A DNA stretch of 29,584 nt from a virus. Taxonomy: Duplodnaviria > Caudoviricetes. Of this stretch, positions 17,327-27,652 are shown piece after piece. The notes beneath the pieces were generated by a model, which worked only from the letters and a program-made list of their open reading frames with translations, had not been told where the DNA came from and ran no database searches. The translations under genes were made by a program, and so were the position numbers. Every line of letters begins with the position of its first letter. Within the stretch, counting starts at the first letter, position 1. The DNA is taken from the IMG/VR virus record IMGVR_UViG_3300035530_000048, positions 1 through 29,584 of that record; one strand, 5' to 3'.

Positions 17327-18634
17327 ATGCCTGCACCTAACGTATACAATTATCACCACATTACTTTTGAATATACAAATACTAGTATTGCTAAATTAGA
17401 TCCGTTAGAAACAGTACATAGTGGAGTAGATACATATCTCCTACCAGCAAATGCTACATTTGAAGAAATACCTACATATACTACTAACCAAATTCCAATA
17501 TTTGATATCACTACAAATACTTGGTCTGTAGTAGAAGATTATAGAAATATTCCAGTATGGGATGGGGATGGTAATCCTGTCACTATTACTGAATTAGGTC
17601 CATTACCTTCTGGTTATACTACTACTGAACCACCTATAGATTATCTAAAACTCAGAAGTGATCTTGAAAATGATATCAAAGAATATAGAAAATCTTTATC
17701 ATATGGTGGAGTATATATCAATAATGTCAGATTTGGTACAGACCTTACAGACTTTACGTGGTTAGAAAGTGCATTATCTTGGTATCCTAAACATTGGAAT
17801 GATAATCCTATCAATACAGATATAGATACCCTAACTATCGATACTACTAGTAGAGGATATTTTAATTCTCCTATCCCTATAGACGTTACTGTCGGATGTC
17901 TAGTAACTCTAGGGCCACCAAAACATTTTATTGTAGATACAGTATCTACAGAAACTACTTCAGGAACTGGACATTTTGCATTATCTATAGAAAACTATAT
18001 CAAAGTAAATAGTGAAATTTTAGTCGATACAGAAACTATCACTATATCGAATATATCAGACACCACAGGCACTACTATAGGTAGTGTTGAATTTACAGAA
18101 GGTACTTCGTTAACTATAGGTACACATACCATATATCCAAATATACAATTTCCTGAATATAGAGTAAAAATAGTAGCATTAGAAAACGATGGTACTAATA
18201 CAAATGATGTAACGGTAGAAGGAATTTCTACATCAGATATCATACTCAAATCTATCAATACTATGTTGTATCCTTCAGACGCTGAAATATTGACATATAT
18301 AACAAACAAATTATATTACAATGTAGTTAATGATACTCATCAAGAAGTTAATATTGTTGATATTGTAAATATCTTAGGTACTAATTATGTAAGAGAAATA
18401 TATACAGAACCTTTTCTCAATTGGCAAATTACTACTGATGATGAAATGGGATTTTATAGTTTACAAGTAGATGAAATAACTTTGCGTACTGTACATGACA
18501 TCATTGCTGATTTTAAAGAAGCTTGCTTTGATGCACAAGCTACAAAGAGGGATGAACTCTACAATACATCAGATGCAGAATTAGTAAATTTTGATGTAAC
18601 TACTGGATGGCCATCTAGAGAATTTACTGTATAA
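17327..18634 (+). CDS. Tail fibre assembly (Tfa-like) protein fused to an interrupted DUF4376-like domain
   Basis: VYNYHHITFEY...LLPANATFEEIP...WSVVEDYR...ITELGPLP; GGVYINNVRFGTD and ACFDAQ...TTGWP. Confidence 0.75.
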   Translation: MPAPNVYNYHHITFEYTNTSIAKLDPLETVHSGVDTYLLPANATFEEIPTYTTNQIPIFDITTNTWSVVEDYRNIPVWDGDGNPVTITELGPLPSGYTTTEPPIDYLKLRSDLENDIKEYRKSLSYGGVYINNVRFGTDLTDFTWLESALSWYPKHWNDNPINTDIDTLTIDTTSRGYFNSPIPIDVTVGCLVTLGPPKHFIVDTVSTETTSGTGHFALSIENYIKVNSEILVDTETITISNISDTTGTTIGSVEFTEGTSLTIGTHTIYPNIQFPEYRVKIVALENDGTNTNDVTVEGISTSDIILKSINTMLYPSDAEILTYITNKLYYNVVNDTHQEVNIVDIVNILGTNYVREIYTEPFLNWQITTDDEMGFYSLQVDEITLRTVHDIIADFKEACFDAQATKRDELYNTSDAELVNFDVTTGWPSREFTV

Positions 18635-18641
18635 CATTTAA

Positions 18642-18677
18642 GACATAAGAGAAGGGACATATCCCTTCTCTTATGTC
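18642..18677. terminator. Bidirectional terminator hairpin
   Basis: 16-bp stem GACATAAGAGAAGGGA / TCCCTTCTCTTATGTC between convergent genes. Confidence 0.8.
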
Positions 18678-18701
18678 CTATATACTTATAGATATTTTTA
18701 T

Positions 18702-18860
18702 CTACGAATTTTCTAATATATTAATTCTATCTCGTAATTCATCTATTTCATTTTGTAATTCCGAAATACGTTTATCTTGTCTATCCCGTAATGCTACAAT
18801 GATAGGATTCAAAATAGCTTCTACATACCTCTTTATCTTTGGTAATTCATATGTACTCAT
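18702..18860 (-). CDS. Small coiled-coil protein, 52 aa (absent from the ORF track)
   Basis: AAGGAG RBS, then MSTYELPKIKRYVEAILNPIIVALRDRQDKRISELQNEIDELRDRINILENS*; flanked by terminator hairpins. Confidence 0.75.
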   Translation of the reverse strand: MSTYELPKIKRYVEAILNPIIVALRDRQDKRISELQNEIDELRDRINILENS

Positions 18861-18917
18861 AACTTACTTCTCCTTTATGTATGATAAAAAATAATAATTC
18901 CAAGTTGTATATAATGT

Positions 18918-18952
18918 ATATAAGAGAGGGACATTACATCCCTCTCTTATAT
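18918..18952 (-). terminator. Terminator-like hairpin
   Basis: 14-bp stem ATATAAGAGAGGGA / TCCCTCTCTTATAT. Confidence 0.7.
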
Positions 18953-18966
18953 TACAATACTATTTA

Positions 18967-19496
18967 CTATATCTTATCTCTATCTACCAAATAAGTCAAC
19001 ATATCTTTAAAGAACTCGTTTGTAAGGATACCCACAAAGAGTTGATCTTTAATATCCTTATTTTCTTTTCTAGATTTCTTTGCCATAAAATCTGAAAGAA
19101 ACCAATCAAACTTTTCCATAGTATAATGACATAGACCTTTAAGTACTTGAATACGAAACATATTGCGATGATGATCTTCTTTCATCTTAAATCTTTGTTC
19201 TTCACTCAAGTTCATGTGTCGAATAGTTCCTTGTTCAAGTCGACATACTAATTGTGGAATGGAACAAAGCTCTTTATATCGATCAATACAATGTTGTACT
19301 GTAATACCTGTATCAGTTATCCAATCAGTTTGGGGGAAAATCTATAGGCAGATTACCATACAATGCAGCAGTATGTGCAACGCTTATATTTTCATCAGTA
19401 ACAATATTCCAATCTTCAAAATGTATCAGTAAAGTTTTCAGGTAATTCTCCAAGATCTGCCAATCTAAATAGTCGCAATATATGTTCATCTATCAT
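18967..19496 (-). pseudogene. Ankyrin-like-repeat gene broken by two +1 frameshifts in homopolymer runs (or a sequencing error)
   Basis: AGGAGGGAG RBS and ATG 19496. Removing one base from each of the runs at 19418-19421 and 19332-19336 gives MIDEHILRLFRLADLGELPENFTDTFEDWNIVTDENISVAHTAALYGNLPIDFPQTDWITDTGITVQH..., in frame with ORF 18967-19215. Confidence 0.65.
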
Positions 19497-19516
19497 AAAT
19501 TACTCCCTCCTGAGTT

Positions 19517-20854
19517 TTATGATCCATTAATGAGATCAACTACATCCAATATAGACATATATGGTCGTTTCTCTTTCTTATTATACGTCCAATATCCTCT
19601 CGAATTAAGGATATCTGAAATTACATTGCCACCTTTCAGTACTCCATTAACAAACTCTTTGGGTTTGATATTCAACGAATCACTTAACCCGAAAGTCGAC
19701 CACTCATTTTGGATATAACACAATTGTCCTAATAATTCAATTGTTCTATCGAGTTCATAGTTTTCACTCAATTTAGCACGTACAGATTTTCTAGTAAGGG
19801 GAATATTAGGTAATAGATCGCAAGTTTGAGTAACATTATTCCCACCCAATCCAAACATCTTATTTTTCTTCAGATAATGAAAGTTACTTAACCCCGATAA
19901 TATACCTTGATATTGCGAAATGATAGGATGAACAATTGGACCAGATGCATTATTCTTACATCTACACACAATAGTATCTACAAGATTTAATTCATTAGCT
20001 ACACTAAACGATTCGGGATATTGACAGTTCTTATCTGAATCCTGTAATACTTTTATACCACGAGCTTCCAATAGAGTAGATGTCAAAAAAGTAAACTGAC
20101 TTCCTGCATTTTTAATACTATCATTAGCTTTCATGTATTGTAAATCTTTAGGTGATTTAGAATAAGGATCTAAATCAAACTTATTTCCAATATGAGCTGT
20201 AATAATAAAATAAATTCCACCTTTAGCAGCAAGTGCAGGTATCTGTCTCATCATTTGGGTTTTCATATTCCCATCATTCATATATACAGTATTGAGTTTG
20301 GAATCTCCCAATTGATGTTTATCGTATAACTCTTCTTCTTTGAGTGAGTTGAGTTTAGATATGGAGTCAATGACAAATATCGTAGGAACAAACATAGTTC
20401 TTGGTTTGAGTGTCTTATTATCAATAAATGGAGTCTCTACTATGTAATCTTTTTTGTTCTTTACTTTATGTTCAACTAATCGTTTAATAAAAGTAAACAA
20501 AGAACTTGTATCGTGAGTAGAGTTATCCCACAAAGCTATAACATCAGGATCTATAGTAGTGTCACACATATCAACAATACGAGACTTTCCTGCTATAGAG
20601 AATTCGCTATCGTGAATCAGTAGTTCACTACCTTCATATCGAGCAGCTGCACGTACTGCTAACGATAAAGCTTCTGTCGATTTATATCGCTGAGGTCTAC
20701 CGACAATACCATTGACTCTACTTAGTCCACCATTGAGAATCATATTAGATTTTCCAGGAACAAATTTACCAGTAGCAAGATCGAATTGAGTACCTGTATT
20801 GAGATATGGAGTAAATACGCTAGTTGACACATTTAATGCAGAAAGAATACCCAT
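19517..20854 (-). CDS. uvsX: RecA/UvsX-like recombinase (phiKZ gp152-like)
   Basis: LNTGTQFDLATG...ILNGGL, Walker A GRPQRYKST, HDSE, Walker B IFVIDSIS and FIITAHIG. Confidence 0.85.
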   Translation of the reverse strand: MGILSALNVSTSVFTPYLNTGTQFDLATGKFVPGKSNMILNGGLSRVNGIVGRPQRYKSTEALSLAVRAAARYEGSELLIHDSEFSIAGKSRIVDMCDTTIDPDVIALWDNSTHDTSSLFTFIKRLVEHKVKNKKDYIVETPFIDNKTLKPRTMFVPTIFVIDSISKLNSLKEEELYDKHQLGDSKLNTVYMNDGNMKTQMMRQIPALAAKGGIYFIITAHIGNKFDLDPYSKSPKDLQYMKANDSIKNAGSQFTFLTSTLLEARGIKVLQDSDKNCQYPESFSVANELNLVDTIVCRCKNNASGPIVHPIISQYQGILSGLSNFHYLKKNKMFGLGGNNVTQTCDLLPNIPLTRKSVRAKLSENYELDRTIELLGQLCYIQNEWSTFGLSDSLNIKPKEFVNGVLKGGNVISDILNSRGYWTYNKKEKRPYMSILDVVDLINGS

Positions 20855-20883
20855 AAATATATAACCCTCTCTTTATAATACCA

Positions 20884-21393
20884 TTAAGAACAACTACTCA
20901 ATGTGTGTAAATAATGCATATTAACAGAACCTAAAGAAGTATTATTTTCGATCGGAGTGTATAATTTATACACAAATTCAATATATCCATCAGCTGCTAA
21001 CTTATCTGTAATATCTGAAGGATAATCATTTAAATAATATACAGTTTTAATTCCAGCATTAATCAATAACTTACAACAAGATAAACACGGTTTAGTTGTA
21101 CAATATAATACAGCATCTTTAAGAGATACCCCATTATATGCTGCATTAGCAACTACATTTGCTTCAGCATGTGTAGCCATGCATCTTTCCAATTGTTCAC
21201 CTGAAGGTATATCTTTTCTAAGACATGTATCTGGAGTACAATGTTCTACTCCTCTTGGTGCGCCGTTATATCCTGTTGACAAAATACGTTTATCTCTAAC
21301 AGCAATCGCTCCAACTTTACGTTTGCAACATGTAGACCGCGAAGCTACCAAGGTTGCAATATCCATAAAAAATTCATCAATATCCTGTCTCAT
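20884..21393 (-). CDS. dCMP deaminase
   Basis: RSTCCKRKVGA, TGYNGAP, and zinc motifs HAEAN and PCLSC. Confidence 0.95.
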   Translation of the reverse strand: MRQDIDEFFMDIATLVASRSTCCKRKVGAIAVRDKRILSTGYNGAPRGVEHCTPDTCLRKDIPSGEQLERCMATHAEANVVANAAYNGVSLKDAVLYCTTKPCLSCCKLLINAGIKTVYYLNDYPSDITDKLAADGYIEFVYKLYTPIENNTSLGSVNMHYLHTLSSCS

Positions 21394-21488
21394 ATGTATC
21401 TAACCTCATAGAAATATAGTTTATAAATTGTATATGATGCTCCAAATGTGTATATAAATATACAAAACATCAAAGAATAGATTAGAAT

Positions 21489-21522
21489 ATAGAGGGATGA
21501 GTTATAATACTCATCCCTCTAT
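21489..21522 (-). terminator. Terminator-like hairpin
   Basis: 14-bp stem ATAGAGGGATGAGT / ACTCATCCCTCTAT. Confidence 0.7.
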
Positions 21523-21542
21523 TCATACCATTAACCTATTAC

Positions 21543-22001
21543 TTACCCGTGAGAAGTTAACGATAATGTAAATATATCAATAGGTCTATCGAATTTGTAC
21601 TTATCCGTAGTTATGCTTATGACTCTATTTTCAAACAATCCAGATCTCAATACTCTAATATGACTAAAATATTGAAAATAACACAATAGAGTTCCTACAA
21701 ATGCAAATTTAGTATCAGTGATATGAAGTAAACTCTTAGTGCCTTTATGATAAACTACCAACCCTACATAGATAGTATCCTCATTACCTATAGGAAAAAG
21801 TTCCATATCTAGATACTTATTTTTCGTAATCGTATCATATATCTGTTGTAGCTCTTCGTATGTAAGAGGTGTAGGAAATTCACCACGAACTACTAAACTA
21901 TTATCATCTTCAAAAGTCTCATATCCCCATCGCAATTTGATAGACCTAATCAACTCTAAACAAAAATCTTTAATTTGTGTTATCATATCTTTCCTCACCA
22001 T
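21543..22001 (-). CDS. Hypothetical protein
   Basis: 152-aa ORF coupled to the upstream gene. Confidence 0.6.
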   Translation of the reverse strand: MVRKDMITQIKDFCLELIRSIKLRWGYETFEDDNSLVVRGEFPTPLTYEELQQIYDTITKNKYLDMELFPIGNEDTIYVGLVVYHKGTKSLLHITDTKFAFVGTLLCYFQYFSHIRVLRSGLFENRVISITTDKYKFDRPIDIFTLSLTSHG

Positions 22002-22642
22002 TCGACAGTTTCGGCTACCTCAGCCAAAAGAGCTTGTTTGAGTTTCGCAGGAATTCTATCACTTTTTCTTCCGAAGAATATAACTAATCCATCCAAAACA
22101 AACCAAATATTATTTAGTTTGGTATCAAGAAGAATTCCAAATTTAGAATGGTTATAGATTGGAATATATTTCAGTTTTTCTATATCGTCTACGATATCTG
22201 CCAAGTTTTCGATCTGATTTGTAATGGTATAGATTCTGACTATAGTAATACTCAAATCGATATACCTAATCAGATTTTCTATTAACAGATCTTGACAATC
22301 TAATGATATACAAAACTTTTCATCTTCTTCCATAAAATCAAATTCAAATTTAGGAGTAGTGACATCTGATGTATCCAAACGGGTAAATTCTGAAATATGT
22401 TTTAGAAAGCTATCTGTACCCAAAAACGTAAAATACTTATCTCCATAAATTACTACACCTTCTCGAGTTTCTGGAAGCATTATAGAGATATTAGAATTCT
22501 CATATAAATCAATACTATAAAACTGTGAATAGATATCATTCAAATAGGCATCAGCCCATTCAGACATACACATATTCCAATCAATTGCATCTCCTTCATC
22601 TATCAGATTAGCATTGACTAATTTGTAGTTAAACTTAGGCAT
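21995..22642 (-). CDS. Hypothetical acidic protein
   Basis: 215-aa ORF with AAGGAG RBS. Confidence 0.65.
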   Translation of the reverse strand: MPKFNYKLVNANLIDEGDAIDWNMCMSEWADAYLNDIYSQFYSIDLYENSNISIMLPETREGVVIYGDKYFTFLGTDSFLKHISEFTRLDTSDVTTPKFEFDFMEEDEKFCISLDCQDLLIENLIRYIDLSITIVRIYTITNQIENLADIVDDIEKLKYIPIYNHSKFGILLDTKLNNIWFVLDGLVIFFGRKSDRIPAKLKQALLAEVAETVEW

Positions 22643-22772
22643 AATAGATATCTCCTTATATTAAAAGATTGCATATGTAAACATATATCACTATTAGATG
22701 TATATCTGTTGTAGTAATATATATCCGAGATATATACGAATCATCTTATAGGACTAATATACTAACACACAA

Positions 22773-23897
22773 ATGGGGAAAATTATGCCTAATAGATATA
22801 TGGGAAAAATGAAAGATTTTATGTCTTTCACTACTCTCTATGGGAAAGTTACTTTACATCCATCTACTACGAGAAATCTCAATGCTATAATCAAACAACT
22901 TATGCAGATATTTGATATCGAAGAATTACAAAATTTCAGAAGAGCATTAGCTGATCATTCTATCGATATCTATAATCCTCACGATACATATCTAAATGAC
23001 TTAAGTAATAAGATATTACAAAGTATATATGAAAAATGGATAGCGTATGGGAATTATGATTCTTTTGAATCATTTAGAACTATATTTTTCAACGAGATAC
23101 ATTTGGCCGATTCTGATGATATCTTACTATCAGAAGATGAAACTCTAGCTTTGACTGTAGAAAAGTTTATCAGATTATTATATCTTTTTCATACAGGTCC
23201 ACTCTATGCTCATAAACCAATATTAGATAAAATAGTATCGGGGGTCCCTGTAACCAAACCTATACTCAGATCTATCGATAGAAATATCAATCCTACCTTA
23301 GATATAGAAGAAAAATTAAATTATGGATGTGGTACTTTTGTAATCGATATAGATACCGATACTATATATACAGACACCTATTATTTAAATGTAACTCATG
23401 ATGTAACTTATACGTATGAGGAATATGCTGTACCTTACTCTACTGCTATGGTTTATACTATTGAAGATATTTTACCTACATTGAGTGAAGAAGATACTTC
23501 TTGTATATTGGTAGATTACCAAAACCTATTACGACCCACTAACATAACGGAAGATGAAGATAACATAATTTCTTTAACTAATGTCATATCTATGAGTCGT
23601 AAAAGAAGTACTCCACTCAACTTAACTATAGAAGTATTTGATGGTATAGATATAGATCAGATCAATATTCCTATTTCTCCTAATAACCATAAGTTCAGTA
23701 TATCTCTAAATCCTAATAGTATAACTGTAGGACGACGAAATACTCAAGGAGAAGGTGTAGTTTATTCTATACCACGAAGTACTAATCCTCATAATTTTTT
23801 AAACGATACTAAATCTACAAAAATTGAAAATGTTAAACAGTTTACTCATTATGGAACCTCTTGTTCTGATGAGGAATTGATATACTTATTAACGTAG
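22773..23897 (+). CDS. Putative virion/tail protein, paralog of the next gene
   Basis: LADHSIDIYNPH...IYEKWIAYG...F...FF...IHLAD matches the N-terminus of 23911-26193. Confidence 0.65.
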   Translation: MGKIMPNRYMGKMKDFMSFTTLYGKVTLHPSTTRNLNAIIKQLMQIFDIEELQNFRRALADHSIDIYNPHDTYLNDLSNKILQSIYEKWIAYGNYDSFESFRTIFFNEIHLADSDDILLSEDETLALTVEKFIRLLYLFHTGPLYAHKPILDKIVSGVPVTKPILRSIDRNINPTLDIEEKLNYGCGTFVIDIDTDTIYTDTYYLNVTHDVTYTYEEYAVPYSTAMVYTIEDILPTLSEEDTSCILVDYQNLLRPTNITEDEDNIISLTNVISMSRKRSTPLNLTIEVFDGIDIDQINIPISPNNHKFSISLNPNSITVGRRNTQGEGVVYSIPRSTNPHNFLNDTKSTKIENVKQFTHYGTSCSDEELIYLLT

Positions 23898-23910
23898 GGA
23901 GAAAGAAATT

Positions 23911-26193
23911 ATGTCCTTAACGCAAAAAACTGGTATAACTGGAGTATTATCCAATTGGGATGAATATTCTACTAAAAAAGCCAGTGAACATAATGAGTCA
24001 CAAACTACACAATATACTGTTCCAGAGATATTGAATGAGATAAGGAAAATAAAGAAATCTTTTGATCCTCAAATCTTAGAACGGATGATGCTATTATTGG
24101 AAGATCATATTCATAATAGTAACAATCCACATAAGACTACCATCGATTCGATGGGTACGAGTGTTATTGCTGAGTTGTATAAAGAATGGACCAATTTGGG
24201 ATATACCGGGAGTATAGATACTTTTATAAAGATATTATTTCAATATATAGAAATTGCAGATATCGAAACTACACGAGCTGGAGTATCCTCGAGTAAGTTA
24301 GTATCTGTAAAGGGAGCTAAACGTATTTATGATGAGCATCTGGAAGATCCAAATGCTCATAATGAAATGTTTAGAGATATGTTACCAGGGATTGTACCTA
24401 ATACCTATCCTACATGGAGTATCCAGTCTATAGTAGGTGTAGATAGTGAAATCTCTGTAGAAAGACCAGCTCCTTGTATGTATCATAAGCCCGATGGATA
24501 CCTAGATACTGTACCAGCCCATACTTTACCTATCGATTATTGTTATGGTGAACCTTTTTTCTCTATTTGGGGGAAAAGAAAAAATCTCATTACTCACAGT
24601 ACTACATTAGAGAGTGGATCATTTTTTGGTGGATATAAGACCATATCAGATAAGATCGAATCACCAAATCATGAAATGGTAGTATCTAAATATCATGAAG
24701 ATGTTACTAATATTACTAAAGAACATGGATGGTCTACTCCTACTATACCATTTGAAATAGGTAAAGTATATACTGCATCTATTTATGTATATCCTAAAGA
24801 TAGATCCTATTTTACTACTCGTATACCTGACGGATTATCAGGAGAAACTGCTAGATTGCACATCAACTTAAATAATATAGATGAACGATATATACCTATA
24901 CATTACGATGACACTATCAATAGTGTAGAAGTTATAAAATTTCCTAATGGTTGGTTTAGAATCATACACACATTTAAAGCACAAAAGACTATCGATACTA
25001 CTATAGACTTTTTATTTTTAGATATCCTGGATGGAGATACTACATATATAGGAGACGGATGTACGTCTGGATATCTATGGCAAGGACAAGTAGAGTGTGG
25101 AGTCAATGCTTCTCCTCCTATCTTGACAGAAGATCTGTTGGTAGAACGACCAGCGACTATTGTCAAAGTACCTTTTCGTGATAAGTTTAGTCTCAAAAAT
25201 GGTACTTTTGTAATAGAAGCCAAAAAGCCTAAAGATATCAAACGAAATGCTACACAATATCTCTACGCATTAGGAGATGACACTACTGCTATCATGAGTG
25301 GCAAATTTCCTATTACTCGAAATCAAGAATTATATATCGAATCCATAAATACATTTGATGAAATCCTCGATTATGCTTGGTTAGGACCTAATGTTGCAGA
25401 AACTAATACCTTTAGTTATGGGTATAATCATAAATATCATATCTATGCTGATACTGATAATCCTATCATTAGAAATACTGTAGAAGATACTTCTATTACA
25501 TATTCTGAAGCTATGAGATATTTGTTGACTGATAAATATGAAGAACTGTTATATGGTAACGATAAATGTGCTATATTTGATTTTCAGAATGTACTTAAGG
25601 AATCTAATACTTCTGTATCTGGCGGTAGTACTATAGATCCAGATAGTGGTATTATCTATATTGGTAATAGTTTAAACTTTGTTGATCTAAATCCTACCGA
25701 TAATATTGATATCAATGCACAACTCTGTGATTTTGTATTATCTTCAGTACTCGAAAGATCCATAGAAACATATGACGGTATTCAGAGTGTAGGTACTATA
25801 GATCTCGTAAAAGGGATTGATAGTTTAGGTACCAATACTACTATCAACAATAGAGATCAGATCTTTATTGGAAATAGTGAAGAATATGAAGATATGGATA
25901 TCACTGATGATCCAAGTACTAATATCGAATTAGCTGATTATATATTAAGTACTGTGTATCCTAAGGCTAAATCTTTTTATTCAGGAAAACAGATCGCTAC
26001 TATAGATTTAGTACAAGGATTGGAAACTATAGATACTACCACACTACCTGATATATGCGATACTTTATTTATCGGATCTAACATATACGGTACTGAACAA
26101 TTGGATGGGTATATCAAAAGCATCACATATTATTCAAACTATAGTGATGAATTAACATCAGAATTCTTTGTAGGGGAATATATACATGAGTGA
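23911..26193 (+). CDS. Putative tail/spike fibre protein with lectin-like (LamG/CBM-type) region and internal repeats
   Basis: HIHNSNNPH and HLEDPNAH fibre motifs; RKNLITHS...NGWFRI...WQGQVECG..ASPPILT...RPA; LFIGS...LDGYIKSITYY. Confidence 0.7.
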   Translation: MSLTQKTGITGVLSNWDEYSTKKASEHNESQTTQYTVPEILNEIRKIKKSFDPQILERMMLLLEDHIHNSNNPHKTTIDSMGTSVIAELYKEWTNLGYTGSIDTFIKILFQYIEIADIETTRAGVSSSKLVSVKGAKRIYDEHLEDPNAHNEMFRDMLPGIVPNTYPTWSIQSIVGVDSEISVERPAPCMYHKPDGYLDTVPAHTLPIDYCYGEPFFSIWGKRKNLITHSTTLESGSFFGGYKTISDKIESPNHEMVVSKYHEDVTNITKEHGWSTPTIPFEIGKVYTASIYVYPKDRSYFTTRIPDGLSGETARLHINLNNIDERYIPIHYDDTINSVEVIKFPNGWFRIIHTFKAQKTIDTTIDFLFLDILDGDTTYIGDGCTSGYLWQGQVECGVNASPPILTEDLLVERPATIVKVPFRDKFSLKNGTFVIEAKKPKDIKRNATQYLYALGDDTTAIMSGKFPITRNQELYIESINTFDEILDYAWLGPNVAETNTFSYGYNHKYHIYADTDNPIIRNTVEDTSITYSEAMRYLLTDKYEELLYGNDKCAIFDFQNVLKESNTSVSGGSTIDPDSGIIYIGNSLNFVDLNPTDNIDINAQLCDFVLSSVLERSIETYDGIQSVGTIDLVKGIDSLGTNTTINNRDQIFIGNSEEYEDMDITDDPSTNIELADYILSTVYPKAKSFYSGKQIATIDLVQGLETIDTTTLPDICDTLFIGSNIYGTEQLDGYIKSITYYSNYSDELTSEFFVGEYIHE

Positions 26194-27649
26194 TAAAATA
26201 TGGGCAGACCTCACACAAGAGTGGTCTGAGATATTAGCAGATGTAGCCTCTGAACGTACCTTATATGTTGAAGGTAGTGGCGTATATGTATATATCTCAG
26301 ATACTTTAGTAGAAGATTATACTACTATACTAGATAAAGATGTACGATACATAGGCGGTATTTTGAGTACTATCGATATTCCAGAAAGAGCTTTTGTATA
26401 CGCCAAATCGCATCAACCTATTGGTAAAGTATTTCATTTACCTAAAGGTATGAGAGATCCAGATCAGGATATGAGAACTGTCAACGATAGAGTATCGACA
26501 GTACTAGCACAATTACTCGCACATATAGATGCTACAGGTAATGTACATGGTGTTACTAGAGAACAATTAGATCTTGATAATATACCTAATAGTATAAGTG
26601 ATAATCCAACACTCAATTCTTCTGAAGTATTACTTACTACTAAGGGTAGTACTACTTTGTTTACAATTATCAACTCACATAAAGAAAATCAAAATAATCC
26701 TCATGGCATAACAAAAGCTCAGTTAGGATTGGATAAAGTAAGTAATTTACGTATTCCACTCACTGAGTCTGAAGTGATGGATATTGAAAGAAATGATCTA
26801 TATGCAACTATAAAAAATGTACACGATATAGTATTTACTAGAGAACAACAGTTAGTAAATATTATACCAAATACGGTTGTAGAAGTACAGTCATTTCCAC
26901 TATCAGAATCAGATTATGGAGTATGTGATCCTACAGCAAAAACTGTAGTACTTGATGATAATCAGGTAGTCTGCCCATCTGGACTGCAAGTGTCATATAG
27001 TATCGGAAATAGATATTATATCTCCCAAATAACTACCTCTTCAATGTCGATAATGAAAGAATCTATATCTCCTAGCGTAGATCCAGTTTCTGGATATCAC
27101 TACATCTATGCAGATATTGATACTAATAAAAATATCAGCGGAATAGGACATACTATCCATAAACCTTACTATGGAAAATATCCTATTCCTACTGAAGGTG
27201 ATTATTTCAATACATTAACTAATCGAATGTATAATTCTCAAGGTGTAGAAATATGTAGAGTATATATAGGAAAAATATATGTAGAAGAAGATAATACCTT
27301 TAGTAGTTGTATCCCTGTACCGAAAGGCTGCAGCTATACACATAAAACTAATTTATCAATTGTACCTAACCAAACATATATCTTAGATAATCCATTCTTT
27401 GAATGTGTAGATGTTATTCCTAAGATATATATCAACGGACAATGGTGTGATCCAAAGTGGAATGATCAGGTAGGCGTTATCGCTACATATGACTTTCAAA
27501 GACCTAATAATGTTATTGTCCAGACTGGATCTATGGGATTAGCTATGCCTGCAGTTTCTTCAGGAAATGCATTTACTGTAGAATCATTACCTACTACAAC
27601 TACAGCAGCTGCTCCCCTTATGTTAGAGATATATAAGAGGAGAATGTAA
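26186..27649 (+). CDS. Putative tail fibre protein
   Basis: Two H-x4-NxHGxTxxQLxL repeats (HIDATGNVHGVTREQLDL and HKENQNNPHGITKAQLGL); C-terminal DYFNTLTNRMY...RVYIG. Confidence 0.7.
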   Translation: MSDKIWADLTQEWSEILADVASERTLYVEGSGVYVYISDTLVEDYTTILDKDVRYIGGILSTIDIPERAFVYAKSHQPIGKVFHLPKGMRDPDQDMRTVNDRVSTVLAQLLAHIDATGNVHGVTREQLDLDNIPNSISDNPTLNSSEVLLTTKGSTTLFTIINSHKENQNNPHGITKAQLGLDKVSNLRIPLTESEVMDIERNDLYATIKNVHDIVFTREQQLVNIIPNTVVEVQSFPLSESDYGVCDPTAKTVVLDDNQVVCPSGLQVSYSIGNRYYISQITTSSMSIMKESISPSVDPVSGYHYIYADIDTNKNISGIGHTIHKPYYGKYPIPTEGDYFNTLTNRMYNSQGVEICRVYIGKIYVEEDNTFSSCIPVPKGCSYTHKTNLSIVPNQTYILDNPFFECVDVIPKIYINGQWCDPKWNDQVGVIATYDFQRPNNVIVQTGSMGLAMPAVSSGNAFTVESLPTTTTAAAPLMLEIYKRRM

Positions 27650-27652
27650 CTT

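Noticed and set aside
19332-19421. Stop-codon reassignment (TGA read-through) explaining the broken gene
   Set aside because: Read-through gives further stops and loses the repeat motif; TAA, TAG and TGA all end genes normally elsewhere
18673-19718. Plus-strand ORFs 18673-18894, 19214-19432 and 19482-19718
   Set aside because: Antisense shadows of minus-strand genes that have clear RBSs
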